A stretch of DNA of 64,000 nt from an uncultured Acidobacteriota bacterium (GTDB taxonomy: Bacteria; Acidobacteriota; Thermoanaerobaculia; Gp7-AA8), in assembly GCA_963741955.1 (NCBI GenBank), contig CAVUKB010000004.1, positions 416,001 through 480,000 on the forward strand, read 5' to 3'. The position numbers and the translations under genes are program-made. Of the stretch, positions 20,187 through 29,297 are shown piece after piece (position 1 is the stretch's first letter; every line of letters starts with the position of its first letter). The notes beneath the pieces are model-generated. The model worked only from the letters and a program-made list of their open reading frames with translations, searched no databases and was not told the origin of the DNA.

Positions 20187-20936
20187 ATGCCCGATTCCGA
20201 GATCCTCAACATCCGCCAGCTTGCCGAGTACCTGATGGTGTCGGAAAAGACCGTCTACCGGATGCTCGACCGCAACCAGCTTCCCGCTTTGCGGGTGGGC
20301 ACCCAGTGGCGCTTCCGTCGTCAGGACATCGACGCCTGGCTCGAACAACAGGTGCAGCGCCCGGCGAGCGCCGGGAATCCGGAAACGCTCGACACGTTCG
20401 CTTCGTCCGAGCTCTCGATCCATCCGCTTCTCTCCGAGCAGAATGTCTGGCTCTCGATCGAAGCGGACTCACGCGACGCTCTTCTGGAGCGGATGCTCCG
20501 GGAGGGAGATCTCGACCCGGACGTGGATCGCGACCAGCTTCTCCGGTCGATCCTCGACCGCGAGGCGATCTGCTCGACGGCGCTCGTCGAGCAGGCGGCG
20601 TTTCCCCATCCCGTCGATCCCCGCCCGTTTCATTTTTCGCGAAAGAGGGTCCTGATCGCGACGCTGCGGGAACCGCTCGAGTTCAACGATCCTCACGGTC
20701 ACCAGCCGAGCGTGATCGCGATGATTCTCGCCCGCCGCATCCAGGGTCACATGCTCGCATTCTCCCGTGCGCTCAAGATCTTCGCCGACCCGGTGCTGAT
20801 CGATGCACTCCTCAGCGTTGGCACTCCTGCCGACGCGATCGAGGCGATCCGGATCGCCGAGGAGCCGCTCGACGCGATGAATGAAGGGGTGCCGGGAGAG
20901 GAGAAGGGAATGAGCCCGAAGGAGCCCGGATCGTGA
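20187..20936 (+). CDS. excisionase-type HTH fused to PTS EIIA (Fru/Ntr-type) domain
   Basis: LNIRQLAEYLMVSEKTVYRM..LPALRVGTQWRF HTH; REAICST..AAFPH EIIA region. Confidence 0.85.
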   Translation: MPDSEILNIRQLAEYLMVSEKTVYRMLDRNQLPALRVGTQWRFRRQDIDAWLEQQVQRPASAGNPETLDTFASSELSIHPLLSEQNVWLSIEADSRDALLERMLREGDLDPDVDRDQLLRSILDREAICSTALVEQAAFPHPVDPRPFHFSRKRVLIATLREPLEFNDPHGHQPSVIAMILARRIQGHMLAFSRALKIFADPVLIDALLSVGTPADAIEAIRIAEEPLDAMNEGVPGEEKGMSPKEPGS

Positions 20937-21601
20937 AGCTCACCGTCGGCGAAGCGGCGACGATGCTCGGCACGACCGACCAGCGGATCTACGACTGGAT
21001 CGAGGACGAGAGCCTTCCGGCGCAAAAAATCCGAGGAGAGTACCGGATCAACCGTGCGGAGCTCCTGGAGTGGGCCACGGAGCGGGATCTCACGTTCGCC
21101 CCGCGGGGATTTCAGCGCCTCGCCAGCGAGAACGATGTTCCGTCGCTCTCCCGCGCCCTCCGCAGCGGCGGCATCCATCGCAGCGCAGGAGGGTCAGGTC
21201 TCCACGAGATCCTCGGGGGGGTCATCCGCGAGCTTCCTCTCGCCGGCGACGAGGACCGCGACGCGCTTCTGCAGGTGCTCGTTGCGCGCGAAACGCTCGG
21301 GACCACGCCGGTCGGAGAGGGAATCGCCATTCCTCACGTCCGTCATCCGATCGTCCTCGCTCCGGGAGAGGCCATCGCCGCGCTCGTGCTCCTCGACCAT
21401 CCGCTCGCTCTGCGAGGTCCCGACGGCGTCGCCGTCGACACGCTCTTCTTTCTCGTTTCGCCGACCGTGCACGCGCATCTCGCGACGCTCGCGCGGCTCG
21501 CATATCTCCTGCGGAAGCCGGAGCTGAAGCAACTCCTCCGGCGCCGTGCACCCGACAGCGAAATTCTCGCAGCCATGGAACGGCTGGAGGCTTCGGCATG
21601 A
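20933..21601 (+). CDS. second excisionase-type HTH / PTS EIIA (PtsN-like) fusion
   Basis: LTVGEAATMLG..IYDWI..YRINRAEL HTH; RETLGTT.VGEGIAIPH EIIA signature. GTGA overlap with the upstream gene. Confidence 0.88.
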   Translation: MKLTVGEAATMLGTTDQRIYDWIEDESLPAQKIRGEYRINRAELLEWATERDLTFAPRGFQRLASENDVPSLSRALRSGGIHRSAGGSGLHEILGGVIRELPLAGDEDRDALLQVLVARETLGTTPVGEGIAIPHVRHPIVLAPGEAIAALVLLDHPLALRGPDGVAVDTLFFLVSPTVHAHLATLARLAYLLRKPELKQLLRRRAPDSEILAAMERLEASA

Positions 21602-23535
21602 CCGCGGTGCTGATCCTCGCCGGGATCGTCCTCTGCGCCGTCAGCGGCATCCCCGCACTCTTCTCCACCCGCAGTGGCGCGCGCGCATCGACGATGCTCA
21701 TCGCGCTGGGCGGGATCGCCGGAATCGCCGGCAGCATCTTCGCGCTCCGCGGCGAGATCGGGATCATCAGCGAGCCGTGGGCGATTCCGGGTGGTGCGTT
21801 CCACCTCCGCGTCGACGCCCTCTCGGCGTTCTTCATCATCCCCGTCTTCGTCGTCGCCTTCTCCTGCTCGCTCTACAGCGAGAGAAGCTGGCCGCAGTCG
21901 GTGCGAGGTGCGGGCGTGCTGCGCCTCTTCTTCGGTCTGGTCGCCGGCGCGCTTGTCCTTCTGATGAGCGCCGCGAACGCCATCCTCTTTCTCGCTGCAT
22001 GGGAGATCGTCGCAGTCGGTGCTTTCTTCCTCATCGGGGCGGGAAGCGAATCGGACGAGGTCCGGAAGGCGTCGTGGCTCTACCTCGCGGCGAGCCACAT
22101 CGCGACACTCGCTCTCTTCACCCTTTTCTCCGTGATCCACGCCGCGACGGGGAGCTGGGAGCTCGCAACGATCCACACCGCGGCGCACACCGGAATCCTC
22201 CCCATCGTCTTCGCCCTCGCCGTGACCGGATTCCTGATCAAGGCCGGCGCGATGCCGTTTCACGTCTGGCTCCCCGGCGCGCATGCCGGAGGTCCGAGCC
22301 ACGTCTCGGCGCTGATGTCCGGCGTGGTAATCAAGATGGGGATCTACGGACTGGTGCGCGTCCTCTCGCTGTTCGACACCACCCCCGGCTGGTTCGGATC
22401 GACCATCCTTCTGATCGGAATCGTCTCCAGCATCCTCGGCGTCGCGTTCGCGCTCGCGCAGCACGACTTCAAACGCCTTCTCGCATACCACAGCATCGAG
22501 AACATCGGGATCATCCTGATCGGGATCGGCACGGGCTTGATCGGAAAATCGATCGGAAGCCCCGCGCTCACGATACTCGGTTTCGCCGGGGGTCTGCTTC
22601 ACGTCTGGAACCACGGGATGTTCAAGTCGCTCCTCTTCCTCGGCGCGGGATCCGCGGTGCACTCGAGCGGCACCCGTGAGATCGACCGGATGGGAGGGCT
22701 CGCACACCGGATGCCGTGGACCGCGGGGGCGTTTCTCCTCGGGGCGGTGGCGATCTCCGGTCTTCCGCCACTGAACGGTTTCGTCAGCGAATGGCTCCTC
22801 TATCTGTCGAGTTTCACCGGGGCGATCGATGGGCGTTCGCTCCTCGTTTTCGCGGTCGCTCCCGCGCTCGCGATCACCGGCGCGCTCGCCGTCGCCTGTT
22901 TCGTGAAGGCGTTCGGAGTCGTCTTTCTCGGCGCGCCGCGTACGGCCGCTGCGGCTGCGGCGCACGAGTCGCCCCGCTCGATGCTCGTCGCGATGGCGCC
23001 GCTCGCCGTCGCATGCATCGCGATCGGACTTTTCCCGCAGCTCGTCGTTCCTGCGCTCGCCCCGGCGGTCGCAGTCGTTGCAGGGCACGCTCTTTCGGCC
23101 GATCTCGGTGCGTCGCTCCTTCCGCTGCAACTCGCTGCGATCGCGCTCGCGATCGCGCTCGGCGCCGGTTTCCTCCTCCTCCGCAAGCGGGTCAAGAATG
23201 CCCGACGGTCGGTCACCTGGGACTGCGGCTACGTGGCGCCGACTGCACGGATGCAGTACACGGCATCGTCGTTCGCGGCCACTCTGGTGAGTCTCTTCGC
23301 GTGGGTTCTCCGTCCCGTCAGCCACGCTCCCGGCAACCTTCCGCTCTTTCCCTCCGACCGCCGGTTCGAGAGTCACGTGCCCGACGTGGTGCTGGAAGGA
23401 GTGGTCGGTCCCGTGGTCTCGCGCGTCTCCCGGATCTCGCGGGTCGGCCGCGCGATCCAGAGCGGACGCCTTCACGCCTATCTCCTGTACGTGGGAATCA
23501 CCCTGGTGGTGCTCCTGATCTGGAGCTTCCGATGA
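21598..23535 (+). CDS. HyfB-like proton-conducting antiporter-like membrane subunit (Ehr complex)
   Basis: KAGAMPFHVWLPGAH, KRLLAYHSIENIG, GLPPLNGFVSE and TWDCGY..RMQYT motifs; ATGA coupling. Confidence 0.9.
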   Translation: MTAVLILAGIVLCAVSGIPALFSTRSGARASTMLIALGGIAGIAGSIFALRGEIGIISEPWAIPGGAFHLRVDALSAFFIIPVFVVAFSCSLYSERSWPQSVRGAGVLRLFFGLVAGALVLLMSAANAILFLAAWEIVAVGAFFLIGAGSESDEVRKASWLYLAASHIATLALFTLFSVIHAATGSWELATIHTAAHTGILPIVFALAVTGFLIKAGAMPFHVWLPGAHAGGPSHVSALMSGVVIKMGIYGLVRVLSLFDTTPGWFGSTILLIGIVSSILGVAFALAQHDFKRLLAYHSIENIGIILIGIGTGLIGKSIGSPALTILGFAGGLLHVWNHGMFKSLLFLGAGSAVHSSGTREIDRMGGLAHRMPWTAGAFLLGAVAISGLPPLNGFVSEWLLYLSSFTGAIDGRSLLVFAVAPALAITGALAVACFVKAFGVVFLGAPRTAAAAAAHESPRSMLVAMAPLAVACIAIGLFPQLVVPALAPAVAVVAGHALSADLGASLLPLQLAAIALAIALGAGFLLLRKRVKNARRSVTWDCGYVAPTARMQYTASSFAATLVSLFAWVLRPVSHAPGNLPLFPSDRRFESHVPDVVLEGVVGPVVSRVSRISRVGRAIQSGRLHAYLLYVGITLVVLLIWSFR

Positions 23536-24443
23536 ACGTTCTCGCCGCCGTGATCCTGAATCTGGCCGTGGTGCTGGTGGTCTCTCCGCTGATGCTCTCG
23601 GTGATCAACCGGACCAAGGCGATGGTGGCCGGGCGCACGGGGCAGCCGCTCCTCCAGCCGTATTTCGAGATCGCGAAGCAACTGCGCAAGGGAACCGTCC
23701 TCAGCGAGACCACCACGTTCGTCTTCCTTCTCGGGCCGGTCATCTCGTTCGTAGTGGTCCTCTTCGCCGCGCTCCTTCTTCCCCTGGGCGGGGTCAGAGC
23801 TCCAGTGGCCTTCAGTGGTGACGTGATTCTCTTCGTCTACCTCTTCGGGCTGGGCCGCTTCTTCACCACCGCCGCCGCGCTCGACACCGGTTCTCCGTTC
23901 GAGGGGATGGGTGCGGCCCGCGAGGCGACGTTCGCCTTCATGGCCGAGCCGGCGATCTTTCTCGGAATGCTCGCCCTCGCACGGATCTCGAAGACGCTCT
24001 CCCTTTCGTCCATGCTCTCGGTCTCCGGCGCGGAGCTCCGCACGGCGAGCGCCGCGGTGGTTCTGGTCGTCGCGAGCTGGTTCATCGTGCTGCTGGTCGA
24101 GAACTCGCGTGTTCCGTTCGACGACCCGAACACCCATCTCGAGCTGACCATGATCCACGAGGTGATGGTGCTCGACCACAGCGGCCCGGCGCTCGGTCTG
24201 ATCCTCTGGGGGAGCGCGATGAAGCTCTTCGTCTTCGCCGCCCTGATCGTGCACGTGGTCCTTCCGCGCACCGGCTCCACGGTCTTCGATGCCGCCGCAT
24301 CGGCCGGCGCGACGCTTCTTCTCGCGGTGGTGGTGGGCCTGGTCGAGAGCGGGATGGCGCGTCTCCGGCTCGTCCGCATCCCGCAGCTCCTGATCACTGC
24401 GAGCCTCGCTGCGACGTTCGCCGTAGTCCTGGTGGTGAGGTGA
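23532..24443 (+). CDS. HyfC/HycD (NuoH-like) membrane subunit
   Basis: GRTGQPLLQPY, DTGSPFEGMGAARE and ENSRVPFDDPNTHLELTMIHE motifs. Confidence 0.9.
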   Translation: MNVLAAVILNLAVVLVVSPLMLSVINRTKAMVAGRTGQPLLQPYFEIAKQLRKGTVLSETTTFVFLLGPVISFVVVLFAALLLPLGGVRAPVAFSGDVILFVYLFGLGRFFTTAAALDTGSPFEGMGAAREATFAFMAEPAIFLGMLALARISKTLSLSSMLSVSGAELRTASAAVVLVVASWFIVLLVENSRVPFDDPNTHLELTMIHEVMVLDHSGPALGLILWGSAMKLFVFAALIVHVVLPRTGSTVFDAAASAGATLLLAVVVGLVESGMARLRLVRIPQLLITASLAATFAVVLVVR

Positions 24444-25081
24444 ACATGAGCCACGCCGTCGACGGAATCCTGATCCTCCTCCTCCTGACGAACTTCTTCA
24501 TTCTCGGGACGGCGTCGCTCCGCGCCGCGATCCGGGCGGTTGCGATTCAGGGTCTGATCCTCGGGGTTCTCTCCCTCTGGGGCGAGAGCGAGCTGACTGT
24601 GCGTCTCGCCCTCTTCGTCGCTGCGACCGTGGCGGTCAAGGCGATCCTGATTCCGGGACTGCTCCAGAAAGCGATCCGTGACGTCCACATCCGGCACGAG
24701 GTGGAGCCGTTTCTCGGTTTCGTCCCATCGCTCTTTCTCTGTGCCGTCGGGACGGGGCTGGCAATCCTCTTCGCCGACCGTCTGCCGCTCGCGACGATGC
24801 ACCGCGGATCGCTCTTCGTTCCCGCTGCGCTCGCGACCGTCTTCGCGGGCTTCCTCGTGCTCACCACCCGGAGGAAGGCGATCTCTCAGGTCACCGGGTA
24901 TCTGGTCCTGGAGAACGGCGTGTACGTCTTCGGACTCCTCCTCTATCAGGCGATGATCATCGAGGTCGGCATCCTCCTCGACCTCCTGGTGGGCATCTTC
25001 ATCATGGGTATCGTCCTGAACCACATCCGTCGCGAGTTCTCGTCGCTCGACACCTCGCGCATGTCGAAGCTGAAAGAGTAG
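24440..25081 (+). CDS. HyfE-like membrane subunit
   Basis: AIQGLIL, VKAILIP, SQVTGYLVLENG and EVGILLD motifs. Confidence 0.87.
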   Translation: MNMSHAVDGILILLLLTNFFILGTASLRAAIRAVAIQGLILGVLSLWGESELTVRLALFVAATVAVKAILIPGLLQKAIRDVHIRHEVEPFLGFVPSLFLCAVGTGLAILFADRLPLATMHRGSLFVPAALATVFAGFLVLTTRRKAISQVTGYLVLENGVYVFGLLLYQAMIIEVGILLDLLVGIFIMGIVLNHIRREFSSLDTSRMSKLKE

Positions 25082-25083
25082 AC

Positions 25084-26514
25084 ATGACCCTCTGGCTCAT
25101 TCTCGCACCACTGATCGGCGCCCTTCTGGCGTTCGTCGTTCCTTCGGAGCGGCTGCGCCCGTCGATCGTCGCCGTCGCGGCCGTGGCGCATACGGCGCTC
25201 ACCGTCGGGGTGATCCGGAGCGGTTCGCACGGAAGTCTGATGGTCGAGTGGCTGCGTCTCGATGCGCTCGGCACTCTGGTCCTGCTGGTGATCAGCACAC
25301 TCTTTCTCGTCTGCGCGATCTACGCCGTAGGCTATCTCCGGAGCCGATCCGACCGGCCGAACCGGGTCTTCTGTACGTCGCTCCTTCTCTTCCTGGTCAC
25401 CACCACCGTCCTCACCATGGCCCAGCAGCTGACGGTGATGTGGGTGGCGATGGAAGCGACGACGCTCTCCACCGCGCTCCTTCTCTACTTCAACCAGAAC
25501 GAGCGATCACTCGAGGCCACCTGGAAGTACCTGATGATCGGATCCCTCGGCATCGCGTTCGCGCTGCTGGGCACCCTCTTCATCGCATATGCGACGTTCC
25601 TCGGGTTCGGCGACTCGAATCTCGACTATCCGCTCCTCGTCCATCGCGCTGCCGGACTCTCCGTTCCGTGGCTGCGTGCGGGTTTCGTCTTCCTCCTGGT
25701 CGGTTACGGGACCAAGCTCGGTCTCGCACCGCTCCACACCTGGAAGCCGGATGCTTATGGCGAAGCGCCGGGGGTGGTCGGTGCTCTCCTGGCCGGAGGG
25801 ATGACCAGCGCCGCGCTACTCGCTCTCCTTCGTGTCTATCGGATCGTCGATGCCTCCGGAGACGGCGTGTTCGCCCGAGGGCTGTTCGTCACTCTCGGGC
25901 TCCTTTCGATCGCCACGGCTGTGGTGATGATGGTCGGCCAGCGCGACCTCAAGCGTCTCCTCGCGTACTCCAGCGTGGAGCACGTCGGCGTGATCGCGGT
26001 CGGGATCGGGCTCGGCGGAGTGGGGATCTTCGGCGCACTTCTCCACATGGTGAACTACGCGATGACCAAGGGTGTGCTCTTCCTCTCTGCGGGGAACATC
26101 CATCGTGGCTACCGCAGCAAGAGAGTAGGGGAGGTGACCGGCGCATTGATCCGGCTTCCCGTTTCGGCGGGTCTCTTCCTCGCCGGGTTCTTCGCCATCA
26201 CCGGTTCACCGCCGTTCGGGCCGTTCGTGAGCGAGCTGACGATCCTCAACGCCGCGACCGGGCAGCACCGCGTCGCAGTCGCCGCGATCTACGTCACTCT
26301 CCTCGTCCTCGTCTTCGTCGCCATGGGCGCTTCGCTCATGCCGATGGTCGAAGGCGCGCCACCGGTTGACGGCGAGCCGCCCGTGCTGCGCGAGAAGTCG
26401 CTCGAGACGGCACCGCTCTTCGTCGCACTCGCACTGGTTCTGATGATGGGGATCTGGATTCCCGCCCCGCTTCAGAAACTTCTCCACGACGCGGCGAAGC
26501 TCCTGGGAGGATAG
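25084..26514 (+). CDS. HyfF-like antiporter-like membrane subunit
   Basis: WVAMEATTL, LEATWKY, GYGTKLGLAPLHTWKPDAY and KRLLAYSSVEH motifs. Confidence 0.9.
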   Translation: MTLWLILAPLIGALLAFVVPSERLRPSIVAVAAVAHTALTVGVIRSGSHGSLMVEWLRLDALGTLVLLVISTLFLVCAIYAVGYLRSRSDRPNRVFCTSLLLFLVTTTVLTMAQQLTVMWVAMEATTLSTALLLYFNQNERSLEATWKYLMIGSLGIAFALLGTLFIAYATFLGFGDSNLDYPLLVHRAAGLSVPWLRAGFVFLLVGYGTKLGLAPLHTWKPDAYGEAPGVVGALLAGGMTSAALLALLRVYRIVDASGDGVFARGLFVTLGLLSIATAVVMMVGQRDLKRLLAYSSVEHVGVIAVGIGLGGVGIFGALLHMVNYAMTKGVLFLSAGNIHRGYRSKRVGEVTGALIRLPVSAGLFLAGFFAITGSPPFGPFVSELTILNAATGQHRVAVAAIYVTLLVLVFVAMGASLMPMVEGAPPVDGEPPVLREKSLETAPLFVALALVLMMGIWIPAPLQKLLHDAAKLLGG

Positions 26515-28020
26515 ATGGCCACCGATCGGATACGACTCAGAAACGGAGAGGCAGCGCGGCTCGATGACATTCCTCGGCTTCCGATCGCGGAGCTCCGTCG
26601 TGGCGTGATCGAGAGCGTCAACGAAGGGGAGAGGATCGCTTCGCTCTTTGCATACCAACGAAGCGATGGACTGGAGCTCGTCGCGGTTCTCGCCAACGAC
26701 GCCACCGGTCGCCTCGGCATCTTCCGCGCCGGATTGCCCGACCTGTACGAGTCGATCACCTCCGAGTGTCCGCAGGCGCAGGCATTCGAGCGCGAGATCG
26801 CGGAGCAGTTCGGCGTGCGTCCTTCCGGTCATCCGTGGCTCAAGCCGGTCCGCTATCACGATTCGTGGCGCCCGGGTCACTCCGTGTTCGACGAGGGTAC
26901 GGTTCCGGCCGAGACGAAGCTCTTCCGCGTCGAAGGCGACGAGATCCACGAAGTCGCGGTCGGCCCGGTCCACGCCGGAGTGATCGAGCCGGGACATTTT
27001 CGTTTTCAGTGTCACGGCGAGACGGTCTTCCATCTGGAGATCGCGCTCGGGTACCAGCACCGCGGAATCGAGCGAAGCCTGATCGGCGGTCCATCGAAGC
27101 GATCGTTCCATTACCTCGAGACCGTTGCCGGGGACACCACCATCGGACATTCGGTCGCATTCGCACAAGCCATGGAGTCGCTCGCGGGGGTCAGGGCACC
27201 GGTCCGTGCGGACTCGCTTCGCGGAATCGCTCTCGAGCTCGAGCGCCTGGCGAACCACACCGGAGACCTCGGCGCGCTGAGCGGCGACGTCGCGTTTCTT
27301 CCCACCGCGTCATTCTGCGGGCGAATCCGAGGAGATTTCCTGAACCTGACCGCAGAGCTATGCGGATCGCGTTTCGGGCGCGGGATGGTGGTGCCCGGCG
27401 GGGTACGCTTCGATCTCGCGAAGGAGCAGATGGAAGGATTCGCGTCGCGGCTCGCTGCTGCGACGCGGGATGTAGTGGAAGCGGGGAAACTTCTGTGGAA
27501 CGCGCCGACGGTGATCGAGCGGTTCGAGAACACCGGTGAGGTGGCGGCGGAAGAATGCGATGCAATGGGTCTGGTCGGAGTGGCGGCGAGGGCATGCGGA
27601 AGATCGATCGACGTGAGGCACGATTTTCCGTCCGGCATCTACCGCTTCGCGCACGTTCCGGTGATGACCGCACACGTCGGCGACGTGAACGCGCGCGCGT
27701 TCGTCCGGTTCATGGAGATCCAGCGCTCGTCGGCCTTCATCGCGCGTCAGCTCGACGCGCTCCCTTCGACTCCGCTTCGGACCACGGTCGGCGCGCTGCG
27801 CCCGGAGATGATCGTCGTGTCGATGACCGAAGGATGGAGAGGCGAGATCTGTCACGTGGCGATCACCGACCAGAACGGGACGTTCGCGCGATACAAGATC
27901 ACCGATCCGTCGTTTCACAACTGGTTCGGTCTGGCCCTCGCACTGCGCGAGGGTCAGATCTCCGATTTCCCGCTCTGCAACAAGAGCTTCAATCTCTCGT
28001 ACTGCGGTCACGATCTCTGA
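26515..28020 (+). CDS. HycE/HyfG-like (NuoCD) large subunit lacking NiFe-binding CxxC motifs (Ehr large subunit)
   Basis: VGPVHAGVIEPGHFRF, ELERLANH and EGWRGE motifs. The L1 site reads ETVAGDT and the L2 site reads NKSFNLSYCGHDL. Confidence 0.9.
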   Translation: MATDRIRLRNGEAARLDDIPRLPIAELRRGVIESVNEGERIASLFAYQRSDGLELVAVLANDATGRLGIFRAGLPDLYESITSECPQAQAFEREIAEQFGVRPSGHPWLKPVRYHDSWRPGHSVFDEGTVPAETKLFRVEGDEIHEVAVGPVHAGVIEPGHFRFQCHGETVFHLEIALGYQHRGIERSLIGGPSKRSFHYLETVAGDTTIGHSVAFAQAMESLAGVRAPVRADSLRGIALELERLANHTGDLGALSGDVAFLPTASFCGRIRGDFLNLTAELCGSRFGRGMVVPGGVRFDLAKEQMEGFASRLAAATRDVVEAGKLLWNAPTVIERFENTGEVAAEECDAMGLVGVAARACGRSIDVRHDFPSGIYRFAHVPVMTAHVGDVNARAFVRFMEIQRSSAFIARQLDALPSTPLRTTVGALRPEMIVVSMTEGWRGEICHVAITDQNGTFARYKITDPSFHNWFGLALALREGQISDFPLCNKSFNLSYCGHDL

Positions 28021-28029
28021 GGGCGCCCG

Positions 28030-28797
28030 ATGCTGAAATCACTTCTCGCACGCGCCCGGCAGGGCCACCGCACTACGGCGTTCCCGGAGGGAGACGCGCC
28101 CTCTCTGCCGGCGCGCTTCAGAGGCCGCCCGGAGATCGACGTCTCGAAGTGTCCGGACGGATGCCGCGAATGCGCAGAGGCGTGCCCCGAAGAGGCGATT
28201 CTCCCGGGCGACGGCGGCGTGCGCGTCGACCTCGGGCGTTGCACCTTCTGTCCCCTGTGCGAAGAGGCGTGCCCCGAGGGGGCGATCTCGTTCAGCCGGG
28301 ATTACCGGCTCGCGACATCCGGCCGGGAAGATCTGCTCGTCGGGCCGGACGAAGAGCTGCGGCTCGCATCGGCTCTCGATGGTGAGCTGCGACGACTGTA
28401 CGGGCGTTCTCTCGATCTTCGTGTGGTGAGTGCGGGCGATTGCAATGCGTGCGCGGCCGACGTCAACGTCCTCACCACCATCGGCTGGGACATCGGACGT
28501 TTCGGGATCCGCATCGTCGCCTCGCCGCGCCACGCGGACGGGCTGCTGGTGCTCGGACCGGTCACCCGGAACATGGAGCTCGCGCTGCGGAAGACGTTCG
28601 ACGCGATCCCCGACCCGAAGCTCGTGATCGCCGTTGGGGCCTGCGCCATCTCGGGCGGGATCTACGCCGGCCACGACGAGACGCGCGGGATCCCGGCGGA
28701 CATCCCGGTCGATCTCTACATCCCCGGCTGCCCTCCACACCCTCTGACGATTCTGGACGGGCTCCTCCGGCTGCTCGGGCGCATCCCGTCGCGCTGA
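28030..28797 (+). CDS. 2x[4Fe-4S] ferredoxin fused to NuoB/HycG-like small subunit
   Basis: CxxxCxxCxxxCP and CxxCxxCxxxCP, then DCNAC, SPRHAD, GACA and PGCPP. Confidence 0.9.
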   Translation: MLKSLLARARQGHRTTAFPEGDAPSLPARFRGRPEIDVSKCPDGCRECAEACPEEAILPGDGGVRVDLGRCTFCPLCEEACPEGAISFSRDYRLATSGREDLLVGPDEELRLASALDGELRRLYGRSLDLRVVSAGDCNACAADVNVLTTIGWDIGRFGIRIVASPRHADGLLVLGPVTRNMELALRKTFDAIPDPKLVIAVGACAISGGIYAGHDETRGIPADIPVDLYIPGCPPHPLTILDGLLRLLGRIPSR

Positions 28798-29233
28798 AGC
28801 CCCTTGATGGGGGCTCGCATTGAATTCAGAGCAGGCGGACCCAGGACCTTCGCGCCCGGCTAAACAAAGTGACGCCCTTCGGGCTCCGGGGAGCAGGAGC
28901 GTCCGCAAATCGCGCAAATGAAATGGTCATCGAAGCCACGGGCCGCTGAGTCGCGGCACTTGTTACTGCGGAAGACGGGCGTCAGCGCTAAGGTAAATTG
29001 CGCGAGAGGGAGTGCCGCCCCCTGACGGGGGCTCCCGCTGGAGTCCGCACGCGCGGATCCGGGCCCTTACGGGCCCGGCTAAACAAAGTGACGCCCTTCG
29101 GGCTCCGGGGAGAGACGCGACGCGCGCTCTGGCTATGGCAAATCGCGCAAATGGAGTCGTTCTCGAAGCCACGGTCCTCTCCGTCACCGCACCCATTCCT
29201 GTCGAACGCGCCCGAACGGGCTATGGCAAATCG
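28797..29233. repeat. composite repeat: REP-like module plus 88-bp unit with core (TATG)GCAAATCGCGCAAATG, two sets
   Basis: GGCTAAACAAAGTGACGCCCTTCGGGCTCCGGGGAG is duplicated. Cores at 28905/28993 (degenerate) and 29138/29226. Confidence 0.8.
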
Positions 29234-29297
29234 TTTCTGACCTCGAGAGTGGTACTCTTTTCCCGTTCCTTACAATTGAAATCGCAGGAGGATCGGT

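Noticed and set aside
21070-21597. N-terminal extensions given by the ORF track (e.g. HyfB from 21070, HyfC from 22716, ychF from 32682, rpoD from 55531)
   Set aside because: They overlap neighbouring genes or precede clear RBS or translationally coupled starts, so the downstream starts were used.
20187-21601. Excisionase genes marking a prophage or ICE
   Set aside because: The HTH domains are fused to EIIA and coupled to a respiratory-type operon; no integrase or phage genes are present.
26515-28020. Bona fide [NiFe]-hydrogenase 4 / formate hydrogenlyase
   Set aside because: Both NiFe-binding CxxC motifs are missing, and there are no maturation or formate dehydrogenase genes nearby.
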